Source: Octopus vulgaris (lineage: Eukaryota). Taken from it: 64,000 nt of DNA. Shown here one piece after another: positions 12,411 through 24,879 of the stretch (positions within the stretch are counted from its first letter, which is position 1; the number at the start of each line of letters is the position of its first letter). The notes below the pieces were generated by a model. That model saw only the letters and a program-made list of their open reading frames with translations, was not told the origin of the DNA and did not search any database. The DNA lies in contig OX597819.1 in assembly GCA_951406725.2 (NCBI GenBank), positions 39,618,001 to 39,682,000 on the forward strand. The letters run 5' to 3'. Position numbers and translations under genes: made by a program.

Positions 12411-12580
12411 TTTTTGCCAAATAAACACATGCACTACATATTCGTTCTTCACTCGTTTATTACGGTTCTTATTCTAACTCGTATCCATTGTCCGGACAGT
12501 GGACATGAGTTAGAAAAAGAACAATAATAAACGGGTGAAGAACGAATATGTAGTGCGTGTGTTTATTTGGCAAAAGAAAA
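12411..12580. repeat. ~170-bp spacerless palindrome
   Basis: Centred on TGTCCGGACA (12489-12498). The arms TTGCCAAATAAACAC...TCCATTGTCC and GGACAGTGGA...GTGTTTATTTGGCAA are roughly 90% complementary. Confidence 0.9.
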
Positions 12581-12643
12581 ATGAGCATCCCGAAATACAA
12601 CAACACCGGTTTCATATCAGGAATCTTGCAAAACGAATTCATA

Positions 12644-12685
<42 letters not shown>

Positions 12686-12691
<6 letters not shown>

Positions 12692-12964
12692 AGGATAAAT
12701 TTTTTTCGAAAAATTTTTTGCCAATGGCCAGCATATTAAAAAATACCTTTAAAGGTTAAATTATAAACAACTTATAAATAAGGGCAAACGAAAAAATTTC
12801 TAATGCCAAATATTCCGAAAATTGGAATTTTTTTAGAGATTTCTGTCGACCTTTTATCGAGTAGCGTGTGTACTGGGAAAAAAATTATATGGTAAATGGA
12901 CAATATGTCCAATTTTCGGCATATTTGGCATTAGAAATTTTTTCGTTTGCCCTTATTTATAAGT

Positions 12965-12967
<3 letters not shown>
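12686..12967. mobile_element. (TA)n-embedded element with 60-bp inverted repeat (Penelope-type inversion structure)
   Basis: 12767-12826 is the reverse complement of 12908-12967, and the element is flanked by (TA)n on both sides. Confidence 0.55.
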
Positions 12968-12999
<32 letters not shown>

Positions 13000-13104
13000 A
13001 GTATATATATATATATATCTTAGCAATATATCTTGAGATTGCTATATATTAGATCCCTGGAAGAAAGCTTCGAATGACAACACGTATATATATATATGTA
13101 TATG

Positions 13105-13136
<32 letters not shown>

Positions 13137-13644
13137 TGTACATATGTATATGTATATATATATATATACACACACACATATATATATATATATATATGCA
13201 TGTATTCATATATATATATATGCGTATGTGTATGAGTGTGTGTGTGCGTGCCAAGTCCTCTCAAGGCTTCGGTCGGCACGGAGCTATGTTAGCTTCAGAT
13301 TGACTGAACCCCGTAACTAAGTGGTTGGGTACTACAAAATTCATTCACAGGGAGTTTGAGCTTCCTAACTGCACATATAACTTCGGCTATTCAATGCTTT
13401 ATGACTGGCAGCATTAATCATTCATCTACAATTCTAGAATTAGACTTTGCCATCTCCAACCTAGAATAGGGCTCCTTCATATTCATTCGCAATGGACTAA
13501 GAGATACGCATACTTACATGTATGCATATATGTACTTGTGTATACACACAAACACACACACATATATATGTATATTCACACGCACTCTATCACACATATA
13601 AGCATGCATGCATTTACATACTTGCACATACATATATACGTGTA

Positions 13645-13712
<68 letters not shown>

Positions 13713-13804
13713 GTTCGCGTATGTATATGCATATAATAGATATGTATGTGTGTGTGTGTGCATGCGTGTGTGTGTATACACACATGGTGATGGATAACAA
13801 TATA

Positions 13805-14416
13805 CTTTTCTACTCTAGGCACAAGGCCCGAAGTTTTTGGGGTGGGGGAGGCCGATCGATTAGATCGACCCGAGTACGCAACTGCTATTTAATTTATCGA
13901 CCCCGAAAGGATGAAAAGTAAAGTCGACCTCGGGGGAATTTGAACTCAGAATGTAGACAGACGAAATACTGCTAAGCATTCCGCTCGGCGTGCTAATGTT
14001 TCTTATTTCTTTATTGCCCACAAGGGGCTAAACATAGAGGGGACAAACAAGGACGGACAAAGGGTTTAAGTCGATTACATCGACCCCAGTGCGTAACTGG
14101 TACTTAATTTATCGAACCCGAAAAGATAAAAGGCAAAGTCGACTTCGACGGAATTTGAACTCAGAGCGTAACAGTAGACGAAATACCTATTTCTTTACTA
14201 CCCACAAGGGGCTAAAAACAGAAGGAACAAACAAGGACAGACAAACGAATTAAGTCGATTATATCGATCCCAGTGCGTAACTTGTACTTATTTAATTGAC
14301 ACCGAAACGATGAAAGGCAAAGTCGATCTCGGCGGAATTTGAACTCAGAACGTAAAAACACGAAATACGGCTACGCATTTCGCCCGGCGTGCTATCGTTT
14401 CTGCCAGCTCGCCGCC
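13805..14416 (-). mobile_element. Head-to-tail array of three SINE family B units
   Basis: Three repeats of CGACCCCGAAAGGATGAAAGGCAAAGTCGACCTCGGCGGAATTTGAACTCAGAACG, with one complete head ...CAGCTCGCCGCC at 14416. Confidence 0.9.
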
Positions 14417-14538
14417 TTGATGAATAACAATATAAACATATACATGAACGTAAATTTCATATTTTATGAACTGTGTGATCAAGTGCACCCTATATACATA
14501 TACATATATACATACATAAATATATATATATATGTATG

Positions 14539-14648
<110 letters not shown>

Positions 14649-14921
14649 TTCATAAATACACACACACACAAACAATTATATATATGGGAAAATTACTGAC
14701 ACACCTCCTGTCATGAGTATATGGATAAAGCAGGCCATTAGTGTAAATAGAAATATTTGTATCCATATGTGTATACTCACATACTCGCATGTGAGTAGGT
14801 ATACGCACGCATATAAAACTTATAGATGCATAAGGACATAAACACACAAACACATATATATGTACATTCCTTACATACATTTAAGCATACATATATATTT
14901 ATAAATATATAAATTCACAAA

Positions 14922-15007
<86 letters not shown>

Positions 15008-15098
15008 TGCACAAACACGCATATATGCATACACAAAAACATATATGTAGAGATAGATAGATAAATGATAAATAGAAAGATAATTAGATGGATATATG

Positions 15099-15250
<152 letters not shown>

Positions 15251-15838
15251 TTGATACGGACAGACATGTGCGTTTGCCCTGTGTGCATGTATATAGAGAT
15301 ATAAATATTTTTTTGAAAAAAGTATGCATACATGTGTATGTACATATGCAAGTATGGATGTTTGTAAGTACGTGTGTATGTATGTATGTATGTATGTATG
15401 TATGTATGTATGTATGTATGTATGTATGTATGTATATGTATGTGTATGTCTGTCAGTTTATCTATCTATCTATCTATCCATCAATCTATCTGTCTGTCAG
15501 TCTGTCTATCTATCTATCTATTTGTCTATCTATCCACATACATACTTATGAAATAGTTGCACAAAGATGCAAGTGGAGAATTTTTTTAATGCTGCGTTAG
15601 TTCTTTTACTTTATTTTATGTTTGTTCTTGTCAGCCCCAAATCGAGAAATCCTGTCAACAACACTTTTTTTTTTCATTGAAAAGAAAATATATTCAAAGC
15701 AACTCTACTGCGTATAACATAAAACAATCTTACTTATAATATCAACTATATTCTTCTTAACAGTATAAATACAATATATATTTAGACACACATGCACATA
15801 CATATATACACACACAACACCCTCACACATACATATAC

Positions 15839-15869
<31 letters not shown>

Positions 15870-15934
15870 GCGAGAGCGAGAGATAGGTAGATATGTATAT
15901 ACATAGTTATATATAAAATTTATATATATATATA

Positions 15935-15976
<42 letters not shown>

Positions 15977-16826
15977 ACACACACATTTATATATATACAT
16001 ATATAAATATATTTATATGTATATAAAATATATATATGCGTGCATCTGTGTGCGTGTGTGGGAAGATACATACACACACTCATATCACATATACATACAT
16101 ACATACATACATACATAAATACATACACAGACATACATACATACATACATACATACATACATACATGCATACATACATACGTGCGTACGTACGTACATGT
16201 TGCCAATTGACAACATAAACACATGCTAAAACGTAGCATTTCATCCTTGTTTTATTTTCTTAAGCTTTTCAAAGTGTAGTTTTTGTTGTTGTTGTTGTTG
16301 TTGTTATAGTCGTATGGTTCGTTGTTTGTTTTGTTGTTTGTGCTGTTGTCGTTGCTTCTGTTCTCTTTCAGCCACACATGGTATTGTTGGTGGTACTTTT
16401 GACAAGCACGCTGAAGACTTTGTGGACAAAGGTGAGAAGCCAAGTCATACAAGGAGACGCACAACAGTAGAGGCAGCCATTACACGAATAACAACATTAA
16501 CGCACAGTCAATGCAACAAACGCGCATGCGTGAGTGTACATGAAATGCGCCATCACTACACACACTTACATATGCAAACCCACATACATGTATACATACA
16601 TTTCTATAAATACGTGATGCATATATATATGTATGTATATATATATGTGCATATATGTGTGTATATACATACAAACATGCATTTATAACAAATTAATGTT
16701 AAGTTTGTTAAGATTTAATTCGCAATAGTAACTGACAGCAGTTACATATGGTTGGCGTCAGACATGTGTGAACAATGCTCAAGAGTCAAAACTTGAAGCC
16801 TACGTCGACAATATGCATTTATTATA

Positions 16827-16865
<39 letters not shown>

Positions 16866-16903
16866 TCCAGCATGACCACAGCTTCAAAGCTCAAATACGT
16901 TAA

Positions 16904-17003
<100 letters not shown>

Positions 17004-17030
17004 GTGTATGTATATATAATTATATATATT

Positions 17031-17062
<32 letters not shown>

Positions 17063-17065
<3 letters not shown>

Positions 17066-17221
17066 TGGTAAAAACGGTAAGATAACAAAAGAAAGAATGA
17101 AACCTCAATATTATGTAAATAGAGGAAATTTATCTATAAAATAATATATGTTGTGGATTTCCACTTCGGCATCTGAAACTCAGAGTTTTATTTTGACTAT
17201 TGAGTAATTGTAACATATTAT

Positions 17222-17222
<1 letters not shown>
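17063..17222. mobile_element. Family G element (inverted two-part insertion, partial HHR)
   Basis: 17063-17143 is antisense to the 3' end of 40301-40471, and 17144-17222 is sense to the HHR 3' half. Flanked by (TA)n. Confidence 0.75.
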
Positions 17223-17295
<73 letters not shown>

Positions 17296-17741
17296 ATGTG
17301 TATGTATGTATGTATGTATATATGTATGTATGCATGAATACATGTATATCTTATTTACACTAGATTCTTATCTGACGGTTCGCGTTTATCCGTATAGTTT
17401 GAAACTCGAATCATTAAAAAGGAGTTAAGTTTAAATACAATATATATATATATATATATATATGCTTTATATCGTCGATTGTTTACTCTCTTCCTCACTC
17501 ATAGTCAGTATTCTTTCAGCTTACCAACCACATGATTCCGGGTTCAGTCCCAATGCGTGGCACCTGAGTGACCGCTGCAATAATTGTATGAATCTGAGAG
17601 GGGAATATGCTGCACATGTTGCATAAAATCACACTTAACTGATACTCAAAAGCCAGGCACTTTCCAGTACCCCTTCGTAGACGCCATGATAGATCGTTAG
17701 CTACTACACATTTTTTTTTCTCTCCTTGTTTTTTCTGTGTA

Positions 17742-17779
17742 CCTTTCGGTAGAAGAGCGTAGGCTCGAAACGTAAAAGG
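17742..17779 (+). ncRNA. Minimal HHR-like motif (family F, degenerate core CGGTAGA)
   Basis: CCTTT-CGGTAGA-A-GAGC-gtag-GCTC-GAAA-CG-TA-AAAGG. It lies in repeat 17686-17870, which recurs at 53765-53962 and in part at 2826-2926. Confidence 0.45.
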
Positions 17780-17878
17780 CTTTTTCTATTCCTGAGCGTT
17801 ATACTAATACATCTGTGTGTTTGTACACCACCTGCCTTCGTCTCTTGTTTATTTTCATAAACTTTCCCTTTATATATA

Positions 17879-18376
17879 TGTTCGAAGGTTATATGGATAC
17901 AGTTTGTGTATCAAATAGCTAACTTAAGGCGATGGCCTCATGGAGCTAATAAGCGGACAGCTTTATTCTTATTTTTATAAGAATGCCATATTAGTATGGC
18001 GATAACTATTATTTTCCGGGAACGCTGCCGTTGTTCTCTTTTAGAGAGACTTAGTAATTTTAATATTTCTATTATTGAAAACAAGTGGATGTATTCCACC
18101 GAAGCTAGGTAAATAAAACCTTTGAACAGAGATTGTCAGAAGCGAAACCTACTGGTCTGGCTACGCTGCATTGAAAAGGGGCAATACCCCGAAACGCGTC
18201 TGTAGCTGACGGTCAAGTAGTGTGGAGCGACTGACCTCCCTTGTTCGAAGGTTATATGGATACAGTTTGTGTATCAAATAGCTAACTTAAGGCGATGGCC
18301 TCATGGAGCTAATAAGCGGACAGCTTTATTCTTATTTTTATAAGAATGCCATATTAGTATGGCGATAACTATTATT
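17879..18376 (+). mobile_element. Partial-tandem (about 1.4 units of 364 nt) HHR element, retrozyme/pLTR-like (family C)
   Basis: ~134-bp apparently identical direct repeats at 17879-18012 and 18243-18376 enclose an HHR. (TA)n on both sides. Confidence 0.8.
18165..18206 (+). ncRNA. Minimal type I hammerhead with U3-A8 covariant core
   Basis: GCTGCA-TTGAAAA-GGGG-caata-CCCC-GAAA-CGCG-TC-TGTAGC: stem I 6 bp with one G-U, stem II 4 G-C pairs, palindromic ACGCGT stem III, predicted cleavage after 18200. Confidence 0.7.
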
Positions 18377-18516
18377 ATATATATATATATATATACACAC
18401 ACACATACATACATACATACATACATACATACACACACACATACACACGCGCACATGCTCATACACGCACGCGCACACACACATACATACCTACATACAG
18501 ACAGACAAACAAACAA

Positions 18517-18605
<89 letters not shown>

Positions 18606-18819
18606 CAGATAGATAGATGCATTGTACATTGCTGTAGTAAAGACTCTTACTTAGGCAGAAATGAATTATCTACAACTGTCCTCTTGTCTAAAAATAAGCG
18701 GTGTTCCTCAGTCTTATATTAATTCCAGTCTCCTCTTCACATTTACAATAATTCGCTTATTTCGAAGAAAACAATTCAATAAATCAAAACATTTTTTACA
18801 TGATATTAAAAAAAGATCT

Positions 18820-18985
18820 TCTTCGGTTATGAATGACCATGAGGGTACACCTAGAAAGTTATTCTCTGAGGCACAAGTCCAGACAAGGTTGTTTGTGGAA
18901 GACTAGCAGTCGCCCAATGCATGCCAGCCTCCCCTCTCTACGCCACCGAAGTTATCCAAGTGAAAAGCTTGGCACCAATGACATG
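18820..18985 (-). mobile_element. Probable SINE/retroposon 3' fragment
   Basis: GC-balanced block resembling RTE-tailed SINE ends. Only one copy in this window. Confidence 0.35.
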
Positions 18986-19099
18986 ATATTTAATATATTT
19001 ATATTTGTCTTTGTTGTTAAAATCCATACCACTGGGCACTCTGAGTTATGTATCTTCCCTGAACTTCCTTTTCATTCTGTAACTTATCCTACGCCATAA

Positions 19100-19517
19100 A
19101 TGTTGGAACGGAAGTTTTTTCTAGCGGTGTCATATGAAATTGTTACCCATAATTATGACCCTAGTATCGATCTATTGCATTTCAATCTATTTTAGGGTTA
19201 GTTAGGGTTAGGGTTAGAGGTGGGGGAAAGGTATCTTTTTTTCTTCACAAATGTAACTAAACCCAATTTGTTTCTTAAACGAGGGTCATTTGCATACGGC
19301 ACAGAATGCTTTCACCTCAATATACGGTCATTGATTGGTTGAAATTGCAGAAATTGAAGAAAAAAAACAACAAATATCTTACAAACTATAGAATTTTCTC
19401 AATAAAACCAAAAGAAAGAGATGTTTTATAAACACATTCTACCAGTATACCAAGTTAAAAAATTTTTAGTTACCTAGAAATTATGTTAAAAACTGTCGTT
19501 CAAACCGAAAAGATCCC
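19100..19517. mobile_element. Non-autonomous TIR element with internal TTAGGG repeats
   Basis: Left TTGGAACGGAAGTTTTT versus right AAAAACTGTCGTTCAAACCGAAAAGATCCC (partial inverted match), plus (TTAGGG)3 and variants at 19192-19219. Confidence 0.55.
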
Positions 19518-19822
19518 AAGGTAGTAACACGTGCTCACAACCCTTTTGTTGTCTTCAGAAAATATATATTACATAAATATAAACCTTTAACACGCATGCG
19601 TTACTTAGGGATTCAGTGAATTTTTTGCTAACTCATTTTATACAATTTCTTAAATCATTCCAATATTCTGTGCCTCGCAGTGTCCGTCTTCTGCTATCTT
19701 CTTCCCAACTAGTTACTTCATGTGCAAGGCTTTCTCCTCTTCTATAGATACACCCCGTCTTTTATCATTACACTAATTTTATTTAATCAATAGATGTTAC
19801 ATTAACTATTTCTCTCATTTTA

Positions 19823-20054
19823 AGGCGGTGAGCTGGCAGAAACGTTAGCACGCCGGGCGAAATGCATAGCCGTATTTCGCCTGCCTTTACGTTCTGAGTT
19901 CAAATTTCGCCGAGGTCGACTTTGCCTTTCATCCTTTCGGGGTCGATAAATTAAGTACCAGTTACGCACTGAGGTCGATGTAATCGACTTAATACCTATG
20001 TCTGTCCTTGTTTGTCCCATCTGTGTTTAGCCCCATGTGGGTAGTAAAGAAATA
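19823..20054 (+). mobile_element. SINE family B, full length, 16-bp TSD
   Basis: Head GGCGGTGAGCTGGCAGAA, B-box-like GAGTTCAAATT and Meta-like core GCCTTTCATCCTTTCGGGGTCGATAAA. TSD TATTTCTCTCATTTTA at 19807-19822 and 20055-20070. Confidence 0.92.
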
Positions 20055-20399
20055 TATTTCTCTCATTTTATCCTTTTTTACATGATCTTGCTACATAATT
20101 CTTAATATTTTATGAAAGATTTTTATTGAAAAGTAACGAATTTAGCATCAGATTTAGTAATACTGGGCCAGAATCGATGTTCATATAGTAATATTGATTT
20201 ACAAAGGTGGTTTAAATTTTTATCTTCCTGGTGAGTGCTCCTTCTGAGTTTTTAATTCTTTTTCCAAACTTAAAGCCAAGTAAGCCATCATTAAACGTAG
20301 TCGTAGAAATTTTGGATACGTCCATGAAAAACAGAACTCTCGGTTAGACAGAACCTGCTTATTAAAGATAAAGAAAGAAAGCATAGATAGAATGAACTC

Positions 20400-21100
20400 T
20401 TTGACGCAATATTTAACGTTATTTCTCCAGCTGAGTGGTGGCTGGACTTTGAAACACGGGAAATCATACATGCAGAAAGTCACAAAGGTTATAAAACAAC
20501 TAAAGAATTATAAAGCACCAGTATTGATGGAATCGAATTCGGAAAGGTAAAAACTGATGAACTCGCAACATCAATTATAATAACAAGACCGTTTACTTAC
20601 ATCTAGAGATTGGTTGAAATACCTGTTGGATGATAGAGAGGAATTATATAATTATAATACCTAAGAGGGTAGATTTGTGTTAATATGGGAACTGGAAATG
20701 TAACACTCTATCTATTTCTTTACTACCCACAAGGGGCTAAACACAGAGAGGACAAACAAGGACAGACAAACGGATTAAGTCGATTACATCGACCCCAGTG
20801 CGTAACTGGTATTTATTTAATTGACCCCGAAAGGATTAAAAGCAAAGTCGACCTCGGCGGAATTTGAACTCAGAACGTAGCGGCAGACGAAATACCGCTA
20901 AGCATTTCGCCCAGCATGCTAACGATTCTGCCAGCTCGCCACCTTAAAATGTAACACTCTATCATCTATTGTTATGATGCTGTTCTGCAAAGTAATGGTA
21001 TGTAGAATCGAGTGCATTGTTGACATGATTCTAAAGGGGTATTAAAAATGTGGCAGAGGTGAGAGAGAATATTACCAAATCTTTATAAGTGATATCATGC
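20400..21100 (+). pseudogene. Highly decayed RTE-type RT fragment, interrupted by a SINE
   Basis: KAP.IDGI-like codons at ~20512 and GDL...NW..VTL-like codons at ~20668, with many frameshifts. Confidence 0.4.
20713..20946 (-). mobile_element. SINE family B, full length, 17-bp TSD
   Basis: TSD AAATGTAACACTCTATC at 20696-20712 and 20947-20963. Confidence 0.92.
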
Positions 21101-21794
21101 AACAGCAAACATTGCCACAGATAATGAGAAGATATGCTAAAAAGTAAATGAATTTATTTTTAACATGAAAGAGCTCAAGACTGGCATTATGTAATGAGAT
21201 ATACGGTCTCACCTGCGTTTTGTATTTGTTATAAATTATGTGACGGAAAAAAAGTGTTGCAGGAAAAAGCTCGCGGGATTTAATGGACGGTTAATTTGGC
21301 GCTGGTCAACTTAAATTATACCCAGGATCTGGAGGTGATTATAAGCTAAGGAAAACAGAAAAAAATGCAACAGATGTGTGTGTGTGTGTGTGTGCGCCTG
21401 CGCGTCCGCTTGTGTGTAGACGCAGGCATGCCATGCGGTTGAAATATTCACCTCGCAATCGTGAGAACACAAGTGTGCTTTATACCATTGTCATAGAGTG
21501 TTCTAAAATTTGCGCATCAAATTAAGTAGAGGGATGAACTGTAGCTGTAAGTGAAGGGTTCGAACTTATTACAAATTGAGAATTAAAGGTACACTTGTCA
21601 GCGGGATACTTAGCCAAGAAGTACAGTGGCACTACTGAAGAGGAAAAGCAAAAGATCGAGCTAATGAATGCTCACATACATACATACATAGACACATATA
21701 AGACATTTGCCGAAGGTACTCCGCAGTGGGACTTAGTCCGGAACCATGTGGTTAGGAGGCAAGCTTCTTACCACACAGTCACATCTACGCCTAT

Positions 21795-21848
<54 letters not shown>

Positions 21849-21930
21849 GGTCCCGGGTTGAGTCGGGGTTAACCACAGTAAATAAGGTACTCAATACATA
21901 GCAGAGTAAATTAATTTATTATATAGAAGG

Positions 21931-21981
21931 AGCTTCTACAGGACTAGAACTGTTTCATTCAAAAGAAATCATCAGGAAGCT
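21931..21981 (-). ncRNA. Type I hammerhead ribozyme (family A)
   Basis: Exact reverse complement of 22400-22450. Confidence 0.75.
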
Positions 21982-22399
21982 AGTAGACAAGAGTTGTTTT
22001 GGCATTTATACATTTAGGCAGGTTTAAATGGGTGGTGGTGGGGGACTTTTTTGGGGGTAGGCATGGCGCAAAACTATCATTATTAGGGGAGTGGTCAAAG
22101 GAATCGGTGGTAAAGTAGATAAAAGAATAAATAAAAGAATAAAAGAATAAATAGAAAAATGGAGTTTTAGGTAAGTAAGGAGTCTCTCACTTGTACATCT
22201 ACATATATATATATATAAATTGATCAAAACAAAAACACGATGCCAAGGATCCAGCGGCACACATGTTTCGGGTCCCCATATAATGACCACTCCCCTAATA
22301 ATGATAGTTTTGCGCCATGCCTACCCCCAAAAAAGTCCCTCACCACCACCCATTTAAACCTGCCTAAATGTATAAATGCCAAAACAACTCTTGTCTACT

Positions 22400-22450
22400 A
22401 GCTTCCTGATGATTTCTTTTGAATGAAACAGTTCTAGTCCTGTAGAAGCT
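22400..22450 (+). ncRNA. Type I hammerhead ribozyme (family A), canonical core
   Basis: AGCTTC-CTGATGA-TTTC-tttt-GAAT-GAA-ACAG-ttctagtc-CTGT-A-GAAGCT: stem I 6 bp, stem III 4 bp, GUA cleavage triplet (after 22444), weak stem II with a U-U closing pair. Confidence 0.75.
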
Positions 22451-22460
22451 CCTTCTATAT

Positions 22461-22513
<53 letters not shown>

Positions 22514-22676
22514 TACATATACATATACATATATACACATACATACACATACATATATACATATATGTACATATATATAAATACATATATATACGGACAT
22601 ATATATATATACATATGTACATATACATACATATGCACAGATATATGTATATATATATATATATGTGTATATATAT

Positions 22677-22707
<31 letters not shown>

Positions 22708-22708
<1 letters not shown>

Positions 22709-23358
22709 CTAAGTAATTAAGGGTTTAGCAACGATTTGCCTCACCAAACACCGAATTTAGAAATAGCAGTCAAAGGGTTATAGCTATTCTTTCTACTAAA
22801 AGGGAGATCTCAGTAAAACCACAGCACTTGAAAGACAAACACAGACAGGCAAGAGAGAAAGAAATGACGGCAATCTATCATACAATTTTAAGTCACCTAC
22901 GGACGTACGTTTCGAAATTAAGTTTTAGGAAAGCATAAGAATTAGATAATTATGTCTTACCCAACTTCTTTTCTCATCAGCGTAGGACACTACAATTATG
23001 AATAATTGTATATTAAATTTCGAGGTACTAGAAGACATCATCTCAACTCAGTATCAGAGCGAGCTAAAGCCGTTACCAGTATCACCAAATTCAAAGTGTG
23101 AATGAAAGTTTGTGTCACCAACCCCCTCCCACCAGCGTGCAGCCAAGACAAGATGTTGTGGTCATTTACTGGGATGAAATATGGTTATCAGTAATAATAT
23201 AGGGTGAAATTAATTAATTTGGAATAATCATTACTTTCACCAAGTAGATTTCGGCATGTAAAAGCCTCATTCGAGGAAAGTTTAAGTAATACTAAGTAAT
23301 TAAGGGTCAAAGGGTTATAGCTATTCTTTCTACTAAAATTAATTTCACCCTATATTAT

Positions 23359-23362
<4 letters not shown>
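22708..23362 (-). mobile_element. HHR family B element: ~583-nt unit with terminal redundancy and inverted tip
   Basis: ACTAAGTAATTAAGGGT at 22708 and 23291; GTCAAAGGGTTATAGCTATTCTTTCTACTAAAA at ~22769 and ~23306; 23190-23215 inverted at 23337-23362; (TA)n flanks. Confidence 0.8.
22896..22986 (-). ncRNA. Type I hammerhead ribozyme (family B), canonical core, long stem II
   Basis: Minus strand: CCTACG-CTGATGA-GAAA...(long hairpin)...TTTC-GAA-ACGTACGT-C-CGTAGG. Stem I is 6 bp, stem III is palindromic, and the triplet is GUC. Confidence 0.8.
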
Positions 23363-23426
<64 letters not shown>

Positions 23427-23601
23427 CTATGTATGTTTGTAGGTTATGAGAGGTAATGGTGTCAATAAGACCTAAAGGTGTCAGGTAATGCTTAGTAAGT
23501 GCTATGGACAGACAATAGTTAAGCTCCAGATTCGGAGATTATGCGAATGAGGAGTTCAACGTAGGTCATATATCAGCATATGTATATATAAAAAAATGTA
23601 A

Positions 23602-23668
<67 letters not shown>

Positions 23669-24200
23669 CATACGTGTGTGTATGTGCGTGTGTGTGCGTG
23701 TGCATGTGTGTAAGTATATACTTACAAAGGCATGCACACATCATATATGTATCAGTGTAAATATAAATATATATTGTATATATTTATGTATATGTATATG
23801 TGTGTATATATGAGAATAAATAAAGATACAAGCATATATAATCTCTCTTCCAAGTCCTTTTAAAGATTCGTCTCTGCTTAAATTATGTCAATTCTAAAGG
23901 AAATTATATCCAAGTCGACCTAGAAGGCGTTTAAGAGTTTTATCAATTTCAACACATCGGAGTTATGACACATGACAGGAAATGATTTATATTTTCTGCA
24001 AATTGTTTTCGTGGGAGGTCACCTGTCTTAGATCGTCCGATGATCGATTAAGTATTTTTTTTTTTATCTATCTGAATCGGTAAACTATTAGTGCTATTCG
24101 CACACCATCAGCAGTATACACACACACACACACACACACGCACGCACATACATATATATACAGACACACAGACACACACATATATATGTATGTATTTATG

Positions 24201-24248
<48 letters not shown>

Positions 24249-24366
24249 GGTGCAGGCGTAGCTGTGTGGTAGGAAGCTTGCTTCGTAACCACATGATTCT
24301 GAGTTCAGTCCCACTGCATGCCACCTTGGGCAGGTGTCTTCCACTATAGCCTCATGCCGACCAAAG
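24249..24366 (+). mobile_element. SINE family A 5' fragment
   Basis: Head plus CTTGGGCAGGT. Other fragments lie at ~10750-10960, 17520-17565, 21700-21792, 51738-51895, 59485-59550 and 60525-60670. Confidence 0.85.
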
Positions 24367-24367
24367 T

Positions 24368-24435
<68 letters not shown>

Positions 24436-24460
24436 CACATATATATATACATATATATGT

Positions 24461-24496
<36 letters not shown>

Positions 24497-24809
24497 AAGA
24501 TGCTATGGTATTTACATATAGTCACAGATAGAGAGATAGAGAGGAAGGGAGAGATTGATTGATTGATTGAATGGCTGAGTGAGTGATATAGATGGACAGA
24601 CAGGTAGGTAGGTAAACAGACAGATAGATAGACAAAAATATATACACATATATTTGTGTGTGTGTGTTTAAGACCAAGTATTTTCAGTAGAAGCCGTGGT
24701 ATTCTTGTGGTTTGTATGAGTCTCACACATACAAATACACACAGAGACACACGTATATGCTCACACACTCTCACACTCAGGCACACATCCGCACATACAC
24801 ACACACATA

Positions 24810-24879
<70 letters not shown>

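Larger units (their letters stand above)
21846..22465. mobile_element. HHR family A element, inverted pair (minus 21846-22205, plus 22283-22465)
   Basis: The arms are reverse complements over ~180 bp and each contains the HHR. Flanked by (TA)n. The same family forms 40517-41851. Confidence 0.85.

Noticed and set aside
22225-22280. Minus-strand CCCGAAACATGTG in the spacer of the family A pair
   Set aside because: Only GAAA plus a palindrome is present, H17 would be G, and the core is absent.
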